Made by a program: the position numbers and the translations under genes. The notes below the pieces were generated by a model. It was given only the letters and a program-made list of their open reading frames with translations, did not search any database and was not told the origin of the DNA. Source: Chlorokybus atmophyticus (lineage: Eukaryota; Plantae; Mesostigma and Chlorokybus algae). From it: DNA of 40,483 nt. The stretch is taken from assembly GCA_009103225.1 (NCBI GenBank), contig RHPI01002888.1:297916-338398 (forward strand), given 5' to 3'. Below, in pieces: positions 24,847-35,670 of the stretch (position 1 is its first letter; every line of letters starts with the position of its first letter).

Positions 24847-24981
24847 GCAGTCATCGCACTAGTACTCCCACAAGGGTACTGCGTCCAGTGGAGGGTCAAG
24901 GCAGTAGCAGTGCATGCCTTGATTACAGCCGTCGCATAACATCATCAATGGGTCGTCGTCGGCGCTGCCACACTTCTCGCA
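24847..24981 (-). pseudogene. PHD finger at pol C-terminus
   Basis: CEKCGSADDDPLMMLCDGCNQGMHCYCLDPPLDAVPLWEY*CDDC fits C4HC3. A TAG at 24859-24861 replaces the conserved Trp. Confidence 0.9.
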
Positions 24982-26239
24982 TCGGGTGCTGCGCAGCGGA
25001 CGCGGGTGCTGGATCTTGGTGAAGCCAGCAATGTAAGGGAGATGACAGGGCGCGCAGTTGACCATGTTGTCCTTCATGCGCTCGCCTCGTTGTCCCAACA
25101 GGTCCAGTACCCCTGTGGGGTGCACCTTCAATACCTTGTAGATAGCACGCCCGACGGAGGTATCGAGGGTGTCGCGTGTAGACGCCATACGGTAGACGAA
25201 GTCTCCTGACTCGAAGCGGCGCTCCCGCTCCTTGTAGAAACCACTGCGCACACGCTCGTAACGCAGCGTGTCGCGGTGCTGCGCGATGCGCAGGTTGTTG
25301 AAGGCCATGGGGACTGTGTGTTCGAACAGCGCACTGCGCACTGTTAGATCATACAACATGTCGTCAGGGTTGTCGAGATTGTCCACCACTCTGTCGACCT
25401 CCTGCTGTGCGCGGAAAGGGAGCAATGGCTGCCTTGAACAGTAGATAGTATGGGCTGTACTCTCGCAGGGCTGCCTGCTTGGACAGCCGGTAGCCCATTG
25501 CTACCCATGGGAGGTGATCATCCCAGGTATTCTTCTCGTAGGCGAGGACGTACTTGCGCAGTGCCTTCTTGATGGTCTGCACGGTACGCTCGGCGAGGCC
25601 GTCGGCCTGCGGGTGGTCGCGTGAGGTGCGACGGTGGTCGATGAAGCATCTGTCGATAAGCTTGTCGAAGGCTCCTCTGAACTCCGTACCCTGGTCGGTG
25701 ATGACTTCAGCGCAGCTGCCGAAGCGTCCGAGTACATGGGAGAGGAAAGCCTGGGCTACTCCCTCACTGCTCTTGTCGGGCAGGGGCACCAGCTCCACCC
25801 ACTTGGAGAAGTGCTCGATCATGACGAGGATGTAGCGGTTGCCTCGCGCTGAGGGCGCTAGGTCTCCGAGGATGTCCAGTCCCCAGCGGTAGAACAACCC
25901 GGAAATGGGAAGGGGATGCAAGGTGGCATTGCGCGTGTTGAGGCTGGCGCGAACCATGTCACACTGCTGACAGTTGCTGACGAACTCCCGCACCTGTCTG
26001 TGCACCCCATACCACCAGTATTGGGTCCTGACAAGGCTGACCGTGCGCTTGACACCGAAGTGCCCGAGCTCGGTGTGAAGGGAGGAGATGATGCCTTCAC
26101 GTGCAGCTGGTGTGGGGACCTCCTGATCTGCATCTTGTATCCGTCGATACAGCCTGTCGTTGGCCCAGCGGTGACGCTGAGTGCGTTGCCGGACGCGGTC
26201 CTTCTCGCGTGCGCTCATGCCTGCTGGAAGTTGTCCAGT
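24982..26239 (-). pseudogene. Gypsy integrase (HHCC + DDE core)
   Basis: HTELGHFG...CQQC; GLDILG; TDQGTEF; HPQADGLAERTVQTIK. One frameshift near 25430; separated from RT-RH by a single in-frame TAG at 26240-26242. Confidence 0.93.
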
Positions 26240-28147
26240 CTAAAGCAGTGCGAGGGATGGCTCGTCCAGCCAGATGTCTTGTCGTGTGTCGGTGGGTGCC
26301 AGCTCCTCATCATCCACCTCAGGGTCGCCAGCGATTGCTTCTTCTGATAAAGGATCGGTGGTGGTGATGGCGGGCTCGAGAGCAGGCATGTCCCCGTCTG
26401 CTGCTGCCTCAGCGATTTGAGTCCTGCGTCCTGAGCGTAGCGCAGCGACAGCGAACATGGTGGCCACACCTGAAGGTGCAGCTGTAGGACCCAACTCATG
26501 TCGGGCGCCTGTGGCGTCGTTGGTGCTGAGGTGGGGGTTACGGCTGAGGCCATCCGCATCCTGGTTGGCAAGGCCTGCGCGGTGTTCCACCTCGAAGTCG
26601 TACTCCTGGAGCAGCAGCGCCCATCGTGCTAACTTTCCTGTCAGGTGCTGATTGTTCATTAACCACTTGAGGGGTTGATGGTCAGTGACCAGTTGGAACT
26701 GCCGTCCAAACAGGAAGGGTCGGAAGAAGGAGATGGCCCACACTGCGGCGAGACACTCCCCTTCGTAGCTGCTGTAGTTGGCCTCAGCACTGTTGTTGCT
26801 GCGGCTGGCGTACGACACTACGCGCTCCTTCTTGTTGTTGTCATGCTGTACGAGCACGGCCCCCATGCCGAGCTTGCTCCAGTCTGTGTGCAGGATGAAC
26901 GACCTGGTGTAGTCAGGGCGTTGCAGAATGGGAGCTGTGGTGAGGCGGAGCTTCAGCTCCTGAAAGGCCTCATGTTGTGCCTCCTTCCACAAGAACTCGG
27001 TGTCCTTCTTCAGAAGTTCGTTGAGAGGCCTTGCGATCTTGGCAAAGTCCTTGACAAACCGGCGGTAATGGTTGGCAAGGCCGAGGAAGGCCCGCAGCCG
27101 CGTGAGGTCTGTGGGGGCAGGGATAGCCACCAGTGCCTCCACTTTGGCCTGCTGTACGTACACATCATGGGGCACAATCATGTGTCCTAGGTAGGGTACC
27201 TTGTGGGTGAAGAAGGTGCACTTGTCAGGGTGCACCGTCATCCCGACTTCCTTCAGCCTCTGTAGCACCTCTTCGATGTGCTGGAGATGCTCCTCATTGC
27301 TGTGACTGAAGATGAGGATGTCGTCGATGTAGCAGCGTGCGAAGTCCAACCCCTTGAGGGCTTTGTCCATGACGCGCTGGAACTTGGCCGGAGCGTTCTT
27401 CAGTCCGAAGGGCATGACCTTCCACTGGTACAGCTGCCGGTTTCCCCAGAAGGAAGTCTTGTGCTTGTCCTCCTCCTTGATGGCGATCTGGTTGTACCCT
27501 TGGCGCATATCCAGGATACTAAAGACTGTGCATTCTCCTACATCGTCAAAGATGCCTTCTGCGGTAGGCATTGGATACATGTCCTGCTTGGTCTTGTTGT
27601 TGAGGGGGCGATAGTCGCCACACATGCGCCGGTCTGTCCAGTTGCCTGCTGAATCTTTCTTCAGGGGCATGACGGTCGCGGCCGCAAAGTCCGATGTGGA
27701 CTCCTCGATCAGGCCTGCATCTAGCAGCGCCTTGCACCTCTGTTCCACCAAATCTTCTTCTAGCTTGGAGAGGCGGTACTGTCTTCTGAACACCGGTTCG
27801 GTGTCCACTAGTTCAATGTCCATCTGGTATGCTGAGCAGATGCCCAGCTCCTTCACACTGAAGCTGAATTGGCTCCTCCACTTGTTGAGGAGAGCCTCGA
27901 GTTGCTCTCGAGTCTGGCCTGTGGCCAGCGGTCCAATGGCGTGGGACCACGAGGTAGCATTGGCGACCACTGGAATGTCTTCCACAGTGACTGCTGCCTG
28001 CTCCTCCATATGGGCGGTCTCGAGGGCGGTGTGTGCTGCTTTGGTCTCCGAAAAGCGAGCAATCCACCCCCCAGCCAGGTGTTCGAGCTCCTGGAAGGAC
28101 ACATGGCGGTCCTGGAAAGCAAAGCACATTTCCAAGTACCACACCAT
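26240..28147 (-). CDS. Gypsy reverse transcriptase + RNase H (part of pol)
   Basis: 635-aa open frame with RMCGDYRPLN, LDMRQGYNQ, MPFGLKNAP, YIDD, HTDWS and TDHQPL motifs. Confidence 0.95.
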   Translation of the reverse strand: MVWYLEMCFAFQDRHVSFQELEHLAGGWIARFSETKAAHTALETAHMEEQAAVTVEDIPVVANATSWSHAIGPLATGQTREQLEALLNKWRSQFSFSVKELGICSAYQMDIELVDTEPVFRRQYRLSKLEEDLVEQRCKALLDAGLIEESTSDFAAATVMPLKKDSAGNWTDRRMCGDYRPLNNKTKQDMYPMPTAEGIFDDVGECTVFSILDMRQGYNQIAIKEEDKHKTSFWGNRQLYQWKVMPFGLKNAPAKFQRVMDKALKGLDFARCYIDDILIFSHSNEEHLQHIEEVLQRLKEVGMTVHPDKCTFFTHKVPYLGHMIVPHDVYVQQAKVEALVAIPAPTDLTRLRAFLGLANHYRRFVKDFAKIARPLNELLKKDTEFLWKEAQHEAFQELKLRLTTAPILQRPDYTRSFILHTDWSKLGMGAVLVQHDNNKKERVVSYASRSNNSAEANYSSYEGECLAAVWAISFFRPFLFGRQFQLVTDHQPLKWLMNNQHLTGKLARWALLLQEYDFEVEHRAGLANQDADGLSRNPHLSTNDATGARHELGPTAAPSGVATMFAVAALRSGRRTQIAEAAADGDMPALEPAITTTDPLSEEAIAGDPEVDDEELAPTDTRQDIWLDEPSLALL

Positions 28148-28153
28148 GCTGTT

Positions 28154-28888
28154 TTAATCCATGGCGCGCCCTAACAACTGACACTGTTGACTGATTGTCA
28201 GCGTGGAGCCTGTGATGCTGCCTGAAAAGAATCCCGTAGCACGCTCGCGCTCACGGGCATTGGGTTCTTCCAGCTGTCCAGTGTTGGAGTCTAACACCAT
28301 GCCGTCGCCTCCATTGCGGAACGCGTAGGAGCCTGGATAGGATACAAGTGTGGGTAATGCGCGGCGCCTGACCAGGCTGGTTGCACTGGTAGAAGTGGTG
28401 GCGGTCAAGGCGTGTGACCGGTTGCGATGTGCCAGGGTCCAGGATGTCATCGACGACGAGATTTCGTGGCCGATTGCTGTATAGGTATTTTGCCAGAAAC
28501 AGGTCCTCCACAATGGCCAGATTGGTCCACTTGGCGCGGACGCGGTGTGCGCGAGATCCATGACGCGCGGCGTTGATTTTGAGAGGATGCCCCAGCAAGG
28601 AGCATACTTGTCGATAGGCCTTGGCGACGTGATGCCGCTTGTCATCCTCGGAGTGCACATTCTCGATGATGTACCCCAAGGGCCTAGCGATCTGACTGGT
28701 CTGCAGGAGTTTGATGACTCTCATTAGCTCCCAGAACGGCTGTAGGCGAGGATCAGAGAGCCCGTGGCCTCTGCCTGCCCTGGAGTGCCCTTGACACTCC
28801 CATCGTGCTATCAGCAGGCCAATGTTGCCGTCGCCTGCAGGTGATCCTTGGTAATCCAGCGGATGTCCTGCGGCAGAGCCTTCTGGCT
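28154..28888 (-). pseudogene. C5 DNA cytosine methyltransferase domain (DNMT3-like), formerly fused in frame to RT
   Basis: LPQDIR; motif IV LLIARWECQGHSRAG (Cys 28794-28796); motif VI YIIENV (28656-28664); motif VIII GSRAHRVRAKWTN; motif IX ERERATGF; motif X LLGRAMD. Frameshifts near 28830 and 28370; the TAA at 28154-28156 is in frame with the RT ORF. Motif I was not found. Confidence 0.85.
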
Positions 28889-29032
28889 CCCTAGCTACAT
28901 GCTACATGAGTGGTACAATAGCTAGCAGTAGGCTGGGGCTCGCGCGGTCTTCATGCTGGTAGCCCGGGCGTGGGGCTGGGTGTAGGCATGCTCGAGAAGG
29001 ACTGGCATGCGAGGGTAGATGGCATGACAGCT
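28889..29032. repeat. 144-bp direct repeat of 34459-34602 (start of the putative LTR)
   Basis: 143/144 identical by manual alignment. Confidence 0.93.
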
Positions 29033-29181
29033 GTCGTGCCTGCCATGGTCGAGGGCAACCTTGTCTCGGACAGGCTGCGGAGGAGTGCTAGTGCTGCACG
29101 CATGCTAGTGCCGTGCATTGCATTGGAGTCATGTAAGCAAAAGACAACCCCCCAATCGTGGGCATAGGCTTGAAGATGAGC

Positions 29182-30258
29182 CTACGCGGTGTTCAGTGCA
29201 GTGGACGAGCCGATGCCGCTCGCCACCTTTGTGGTATCTTCCAATCGGTGTTGAGTGAGTGCTGGAAGGGTGTGAACCTCTGGTAGCGGGAAGACGCGAT
29301 CATCGCGGGCGACACGCGTGGTGCGCTCCCCCCCCCGCCCGAAGGTGATGGTAGTGGGGTCTGCTCCGTGCAGGATGGTTTCCCATGCTCGCTCAGCTTG
29401 CTTACCAGTTGGGACAGCCTGAGTGACGTCGAGAGCGGGCAGAGTGGCTGCGCGTGTCGCTGCAGAGACAGCGGGCTCGACGATGGCAATTGTGGCAGTT
29501 GCGACGGTACCGGTCGGTGGTGCGAGAATTGTCTCAACGCCTACGGACAGAGGCACTGCTGCAGTGGGAAGTGCACCGCCCACTGGTGCAGATTCGGTAG
29601 AGATGACGGCTGTTGCCATTGTGCTCACCAGTGTCGGCGTCCCGGTGTCCATCGGTGTACCAGGTTGTGGTGCAACTGGAGTGGGTGCTGCTGACATTGG
29701 TGGAGTCGACGTTGTAGCCGGTGTGGCTGTTGCTGCGGAGGCAGCACCACTGGTGGCTTCGGAGGAGGTGCCTGCTGATGTTGTTGCAGCTTCCCCTCGT
29801 GCTCGTCGTGATGGTTGCACGCGGAACCGAGTGTTTCTGTCTCTCTCGCGTTTTGCAGCCATCAGCGCCCATCGGGCAGCGTAGCAGGCGCGGTAGTCCT
29901 GCTCCTTGTTTTCCTCCAAGCGTGCCATACGCGCCATGAGGGCTGCCATATGATCATCAGCTGGTGGGTTGGCTGAAGCCTTGGCGGCAACAGTGGCAGC
30001 GCGCGGACGTGTCTCTGGTCCCTTACGCTGAGGAGGTCTGTTCTTCCCCCTGTAGCCTTGCTCTTCCTTGCGAACACTGGCGTTGTTGTTGTTGTTACTG
30101 CCACCAGCGTTGTTGCTGTTGTGGGCTCCAGTGTTGTTGCTATTGTAGCCACTGAAGTGGTTGCCAGTGTGGCCTCCAGTGTTGTTGCTGTTGTAGCCAC
30201 TGAAGTTGTTGCCAGTGTGGCCTGCAGTGTTGTTGCTGTTGTAGCCACCGGAGTAGTT
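29182..30258 (-). pseudogene. C-terminal part of gag of the DNMT-Gypsy (low complexity), cut off by Copia insertion
   Basis: Joins in frame with 33735-32299 (...SYNH|NYSGGY...) once the Copia and one TSD copy are removed. Confidence 0.85.
30127..30246 (-). repeat. 48-bp coding tandem repeat (~2.5 units) encoding YNSNNT(A/G)GHTGN(N/H)FSG
   Basis: Direct reading of the units and their translation. Confidence 0.88.
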
Positions 30259-30263
30259 GTGGT

Positions 30264-32298
30264 TGTTGAAGGTATTACATGGGTGATGCTTGTATCCGGT
30301 CAGCTTGCCCTTCATACAGGAGTCGAGGGCCGAAGGTACCAGGAAGAAGCGCGTGGACTTCAGACTTAGCAAGACGGTCGAGTCATGACGGACTCCGGAG
30401 CAGGCTGCTTAGTAGAGCCTTGAGAGAAATCGCGTAGCTTTGTGAATACGTAAGCTTAGCAGGCGTGGCTTAGCTTGTTGAAAAGCTCTGGTTGTGAGCT
30501 AGACAGCGTAGCTTACAGAACAGCAATCGGCTGAGTATAACGCACGCGGTGCTTGCCAATGTAGACGTGTGTAGAGACTGGCGGTGTATAAAGCCCAGAC
30601 TTGTTGCAATGAAGATAAGAGGTCACGATGTAGCATATGTGCGGATGCTATGGCGGCAGTAGCAGTCATGCTCTTGTGTTGATGTTGTTGGCGTGTCACT
30701 TGCACGTGTGTATGTCAACAGGTTATGGGCCCACACATGCTTGTGTAGGTTGATGGAGTGTGTTACAATTGTATGTATAGCTGTAGTTGCTTTGTGGTAG
30801 TGTGGGGTTGTGAGGTCTGTGAGCAGAGAGGCCACCAGCATGGACAGCTTGAAGATTGCAATTGGACTACTGTACGTTGACGACTACAACACTTGGAGTG
30901 TGAAGATGGAGCTACTACTGGCCCACAAGGAGATGCGGAAGTACATGGATCAAGAGGAGGAGATGATGGAGATCTTCTGGTGACTGAAGAAGAGTACGTG
31001 AAGTACTTGGTAGAGGAGGCGTCCTTGATACGTAGGAGCTGAAGATGTCAGCTCGTGTTGCTGAGTGCGAGGAGTACTTGGTGGAGCGTGGTGAAGCGCT
31101 CTGAGGAATGCGAGAGGCAACCCGTGGTAAGCACGTTGATGTGCTTGGTGGAAGGAAGGGGAGCAGATGGCAACCCTTGAGGTCGAGCACGGTGGAGTGT
31201 TTAATGGACCTTCTGAGAAGGGGAGCGAGGGCATACCTTGGTGAAGCACGCTAAAGTGCTTGGTACTTTGGTTGAAGCATGTGGAGTGCTTAGCTGAAGG
31301 TGCATGCGAGGAAGCGTGATGAGCATCCTGGAAGCGTGATCACTTGGAAGCTGGACATGGAGCATCCTGGAGGCGTGAAGCTTGGAGGCTATAAGCAGAA
31401 GCATGTGGACGTGGACATGAAGATGGCCATGGTGTGCGCAAGGTTGCTACATTGACAAGGGTGGTTGAGGATGGAGTTGCAAGATACCACAAGGTCATGA
31501 GTAACAAGGAGGCACAAGTAGGTTGCGATTGCGGAGCCCGTGGGAGCTGCAAGTGGTGGAAAGCAAGTTGACCAGAGGAGTCATGGGCTGATACCAGCGG
31601 CGGAGGCACGTCAACGAGGACAGATGCAGCGGGTGCATGAAGGCAACATGCATGTACAGCAAGGAGCAAGGTTGGTGGTCAACCATGAGGCTCGAGTTGC
31701 TGTGGATGTGAATGACTTCAAGATCATCCATGAGAAGCATGGAGGCATGAGACAAAAAAAGGTGAAGGCTTGCATGAGAGCAAGCGGTGTGCGTGAGTAA
31801 TGGAGGAGCTGATGTTGAAGGACAAGCTGCCCGCGTGGGAGTGTTGAAGGTATTACATGGGTGATGCTTGTATCCGGTCAGCTTGCCCTTCATACAGGAG
31901 TCGAGGGCCGAAGGTACCAGGAAGAAGCGCGTGGACTTCAGACTTAGCAAGACGGTCGAGTCATGACGGACTCCGGAGCAGGCTGCTTAGTAGAGCCTTG
32001 AGAGAAATCGCGTAGCTTTGTGAATACGTAAGCTTAGCAGGCGTGGCTTAGCTTGTTGAAAAGCTCTGGTTGTGAGCTAGACAGCGTAGCTTACAGAACA
32101 GCAATCGGCTGAGTATAGCGCACGCGGTGCTTGCCAATGTAGACGTGTGTAGAGACTGGCGGGGTATAAAGCCCAGACTTGTTGCAATGAAGATAAGAGG
32201 TCACGATGTAGCATGTGTGCGGATGCTATGGCGGCAGTAGCAGTCATGCTCTTGTGTTGATGTTGTTGGCGTGTCACATGCACGTGTGTATGTCAACA
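30264..32298 (+). mobile_element. Non-autonomous Ty1/Copia LTR element (internally deleted)
   Basis: 457-bp LTRs 30264-30720 and 31842-32298 (TGTTG...CAACA, 4 mismatches), TSD GTGGT, PBS GGTTATGGGCCC at 30721, PPT GCGTGGGAG, and a short Copia gag start MDSLKIAIGLLYVDDYNTWSVKMELLL at 30840-30983. Confidence 0.93.
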
Positions 32299-33735
32299 GT
32301 GGTTGTAGCTGTGGGCGGGCCTCAACTCTGGGAACTTGAGCCAGCAGACTGACTCCAAATGACCAGTCTTGTGACAGTGGTCGCAAACCAAAGTTGAGTA
32401 TTCTTCGGTGCACTCCTTTTGGTAGTGCCCATGCCGTCCACAGCGATGACACAGCACAGGGGCAGCAAGTGCAGCATGAGCTGACCGTTTCCCTTTGTCG
32501 CGTGCTGGTGGAGCGTCCCGGCCACGGTCGCGGCGAGGAGGCTCAGTTGTCGTGCTGACTACAGGCCGTGCGGCGCTGAAGTTGGTGTTCAGCACGTCCT
32601 TCTCATACACCAAGCGCTTGTGGATGGCTTGTGCAGTCTCGAAGGCTTCTTTGAGGGTGTAGCCAAGGGGCCTGCTGTAGTTCAGAGTCAGGCGTGTCGA
32701 CTCGCTCAGAGCAGCATCCAACTCATTGACGTATATCACTGCAGCAGCCTCCTCACTGACAATCTTGTAGTCAGTGTCCTTCAGCAGACCTTCCAGTCTG
32801 GAGTACAAGCGGAGGGGATCCTCATTGGGCTTGCGTCGGAAGCGTCTCAGCTCCTCAACCTTGCTGGTGGTCTGAGGAGGGAAGGTACGGCGCAGGGCAG
32901 CGTACAGGTCCTTGAGTGGAGAATCAGAGATGGCAGCACCTACGGTGATGGCTGGTGCGCGCAGTGCTACTGACCCGAGGGTGAAAGCGCTGCCTCCTGC
33001 ACGAGAGCCAGGCGTTGCTGGAGGTAAAGGAGTACCCCACTCTGCGACTGCCGCTTGCTGTACAGCTCTTTGTTCCTCAATGATGATGGCAGAACGGTCA
33101 AGGATGCGGACTCGACGTGTGGGCTCCTTGGACTCAACTTCTGCAGGGGTCAAGTTGACAAGTACCAGCTCTGGTTCCTCCTCCTCTGCCTGCTTGAGAG
33201 CTGCAGCTATGGACAAGCCTGTTACTGCACCTGAAGTGGCAGGTGGAACGACACCTGCTGGACGGTGCAGAGATGCAGATGCTATGGTGCTGGCAAGCTC
33301 GCCATAGCCGTCTACTCGATGCAGTTCAGCAACGGACTTCCATACATCGTGTGCTTTATGATCAAGATACTGAGCAGCAATGTGGAAAGAGATCTCATCT
33401 GACCAGTCTTTGTTCTTCAGAGCTTGCTGCCGCATCTTGGAGTGGAACTTGATGATGAACTCATCCAGCGAGGTGGTGCCGGCACGTCCGGAGAAGCGCA
33501 GGGATGTGGTTGAATTGGAAGACTCCATCTCGTTGTCGTCGCTGTCCGATGATAGTGGAGAAGCTTGATGACGAGGAGTAGAGTGGAGCGGGGTGAAGCT
33601 GGAGATGGAGCGCGAGCCTCTGCTGCTGCGGTCGATGCTCCCGTCACTGGTCCGCTCGTAGGTGAGGTTGGTGGTTGGGCTCCAACTGCTGAGGTCACCC
33701 TCGTCTATTGGGGAGAACGGGGTGGGCCTGCTCAT
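32299..33735 (-). pseudogene. N-terminal part of gag of the DNMT-Gypsy, two CCHC knuckles
   Basis: RFSG...LDEF capsid-like motif; CHRCGRHGHYQKEC and CDHCHKTGHLESVC. Confidence 0.85.
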
Positions 33736-33929
33736 ACAGCTGGTCCAGAGGTGAAAGGGTAGAGTGCTTGTGCTCTACCGCCTATCCTGATGCTGTTACC
33801 ACCCAACACACTAGTGCTTGTGCGCACTATGTGATGACAATGATATCGAATGCCCAGCGATCTATCCCTGGGTGCAGACTGCACTATCTGATGCAGATTG
33901 CAACACACTCACTTGTGCAAAGTGGGTGA

Positions 33930-34599
33930 CACTGTCAGTCAACAAGCCACTACGTTAGGTAGTGCTGTGGACACAGTTCTTTGCATGAGTGGATAGAATG
34001 ATACACTGTTAAGTGAGGTGAATGAGTGTGCAACACGTGGATACAACACCCTGACTACTCAAACAACACACCACCGTCAAGCTCACAGCAATGACAGGCA
34101 CAGTGCACAAGAGCATGCACCGTGTCTCACGCAGTAAGGGAATTCTTGGCAACCGGGGCAGCGTGCTTCCAGTTCAAGTCGCTTCACAAGCTCTTTAGAA
34201 ACAGAGTCTTTACTTCTTAGTACTCCTAGTACTCACAGTACTCACTTACAGTGTCACCAGCCAGTCTGGTGACGTGACTTCCTACTTATACATGTCAAAT
34301 CATGACTGTGCAGTGCCACGCGGGCACTAGGCCAACGGTCACATCGAGGCCTCATGCTATTTTGGAAATCTCCTAAGACTCGATATAGCACATGTGTTCT
34401 TAACAGACTTACAACTAATCAGCTACGCGCGGTCCCTACAGACAGGTCTATAAAGTAGCCCTAGCTACATGCTACATGAGTGGTACAGTAGCTAGCAGTA
34501 GGCTGGGGCTCGCGCGGTCTTCATGCTGGTAGCCCGGGCGTGGGGCTGGGTGTAGGCATGCTCGAGAAGGACTGGCATGCGAGGGTAGATGGCATGACA
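33930..34599 (-). repeat. Putative 5' LTR of the DNMT-Gypsy
   Basis: Begins TGTCA at the junction with chromovirus sequence, contains a TATAAG and a GT-rich distal part, and lies upstream of gag. The inner boundary is uncertain. Confidence 0.55.
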
Positions 34600-34602
34600 G
34601 CT

Positions 34603-35670
34603 TTCTCACGCACCACGCACAACCATGCACCTTTCGACTTTATTGGGAATAGCAACTTCATTAACTCCGCGTATGACACCTGAGGAATTGCAGACATACC
34701 GGGCTGTTTACCTCTTTTAAAGTCCACTCCCACAATGCTTGCATTTTCCTTTGCCGTGATTGCCCTGCATCATCCTAACGCAGCTGCACAACCGCCCATG
34801 CCGTCGTGCTGGGGTGGTCTTTAGCTTCAATGGGGCAATTGCGTAAGCCATGTATGGTCTCTCCATGAATGGTGAGCACGTGTTGCCTCCAATCAATGCT
34901 TGGATTGTGTTTATGTAGCCACGGTAGACCCAAAACTCCATCGAACCCGTTCTCCAATGTGATGCAGCAAGATCGCATACGCTCACTTGACCAATGCGGA
35001 CTTGCAGCTCTTTGGTCATTAATGACATTCCTTCAGTCTCGACCATTCTCTTCCATCAGCGAGCCCGACTTCTCCTCCACGCCACGGCGAGAGCCATCCG
35101 AATCGCCGTGCAACAACTTCCGCCATGAAATTGCTATTTGCTCCACTATCAATCATCAACTTGCACTCTCTCCATCTTTCTCCACCGTATCGAATGCGTG
35201 CTCGGACTCCTAAGTACTTTCGTGCTTCTTCACTAGCATAACTCACCACCATTCGAGTATACATTGTTACCATGCCTCCGTGGTCATAAATCTTCTTGCT
35301 CGAGCAACGTGTTGCACAATCCGGGCATGCTTGAGGCTACTTCCCATCCTCAGTATTAGCCTCTGCACTTACTGAGGGCAATCGTTTCCCTGCCGCACGC
35401 CGTTTTGCTCTATCGCGTTCACGCTGTTGCAACGTATGTCTCGACTAGGCGCATCTCCTCGCGCACTCCTTGGACAGTTAAAGACCAGATGTGCAGTGGA
35501 GTCACACACGTAACACTTACGCACAGCACCAGCTGGACGCCGCTCAGCGTTCCGCAGCACGTCTTCTAAGGATGACGGGGTGCGTGGCGGTGTCGAACAC
35601 ACCATCACCTTCTGCTTCAACCTCGACGCAACCCAAGCACCTGCGCGCTGCCCACGCCGTTATACGCGTC
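34603..35670 (-). mobile_element. Chromovirus relic: gag C-terminus (CYVCDSTAHLVFNC) + protease (LMIDSGANSNF)
   Basis: Parallels about 37300-38120 of the plus-strand element and is frameshifted. Same orientation and family as 24050-24740. Confidence 0.9.

Larger units (their letters stand above)
24743..34599 (-). mobile_element. Ty3/Gypsy LTR retrotransposon with gag - DNMT - RT - RNase H - integrase - PHD finger; degraded
   Basis: Domain order read from successive ORFs. Putative 5' LTR starts TGTCATG at 34599 and the G-rich PPT is at 24771-24778. End coordinates are approximate and no TSD was found. Confidence 0.85.

Noticed and set aside
26457-28174. Multiple plus-strand ORFs of 60-177 aa (also 25554-26367, 38323-38975)
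   Set aside because: Antisense shadows of GC-rich pol sequence.
29100-29230. VASGIG and LHDSNA as DNMT motif I or protease remnants
   Set aside because: The matches are too weak and poorly spaced to support a call.
30127-30246. Regularly spaced repeats suggestive of a CRISPR array
   Set aside because: Contiguous coding tandem repeats with no unique spacers, in a eukaryotic gag.
30259-30372. Apparent N-terminus MLSLKSTRFF... of the 396-aa ORF (repeated at 31495-31950)
   Set aside because: It is the antisense of the Copia LTR. The true upstream sequence is gag at 32299-33735.
30721-30733. tRNA-like sequences at PBS sites (also 12962, 36345)
   Set aside because: These are primer-binding sites complementary to tRNA, not tRNA genes. 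No tRNA or rRNA gene was recognised in the window.
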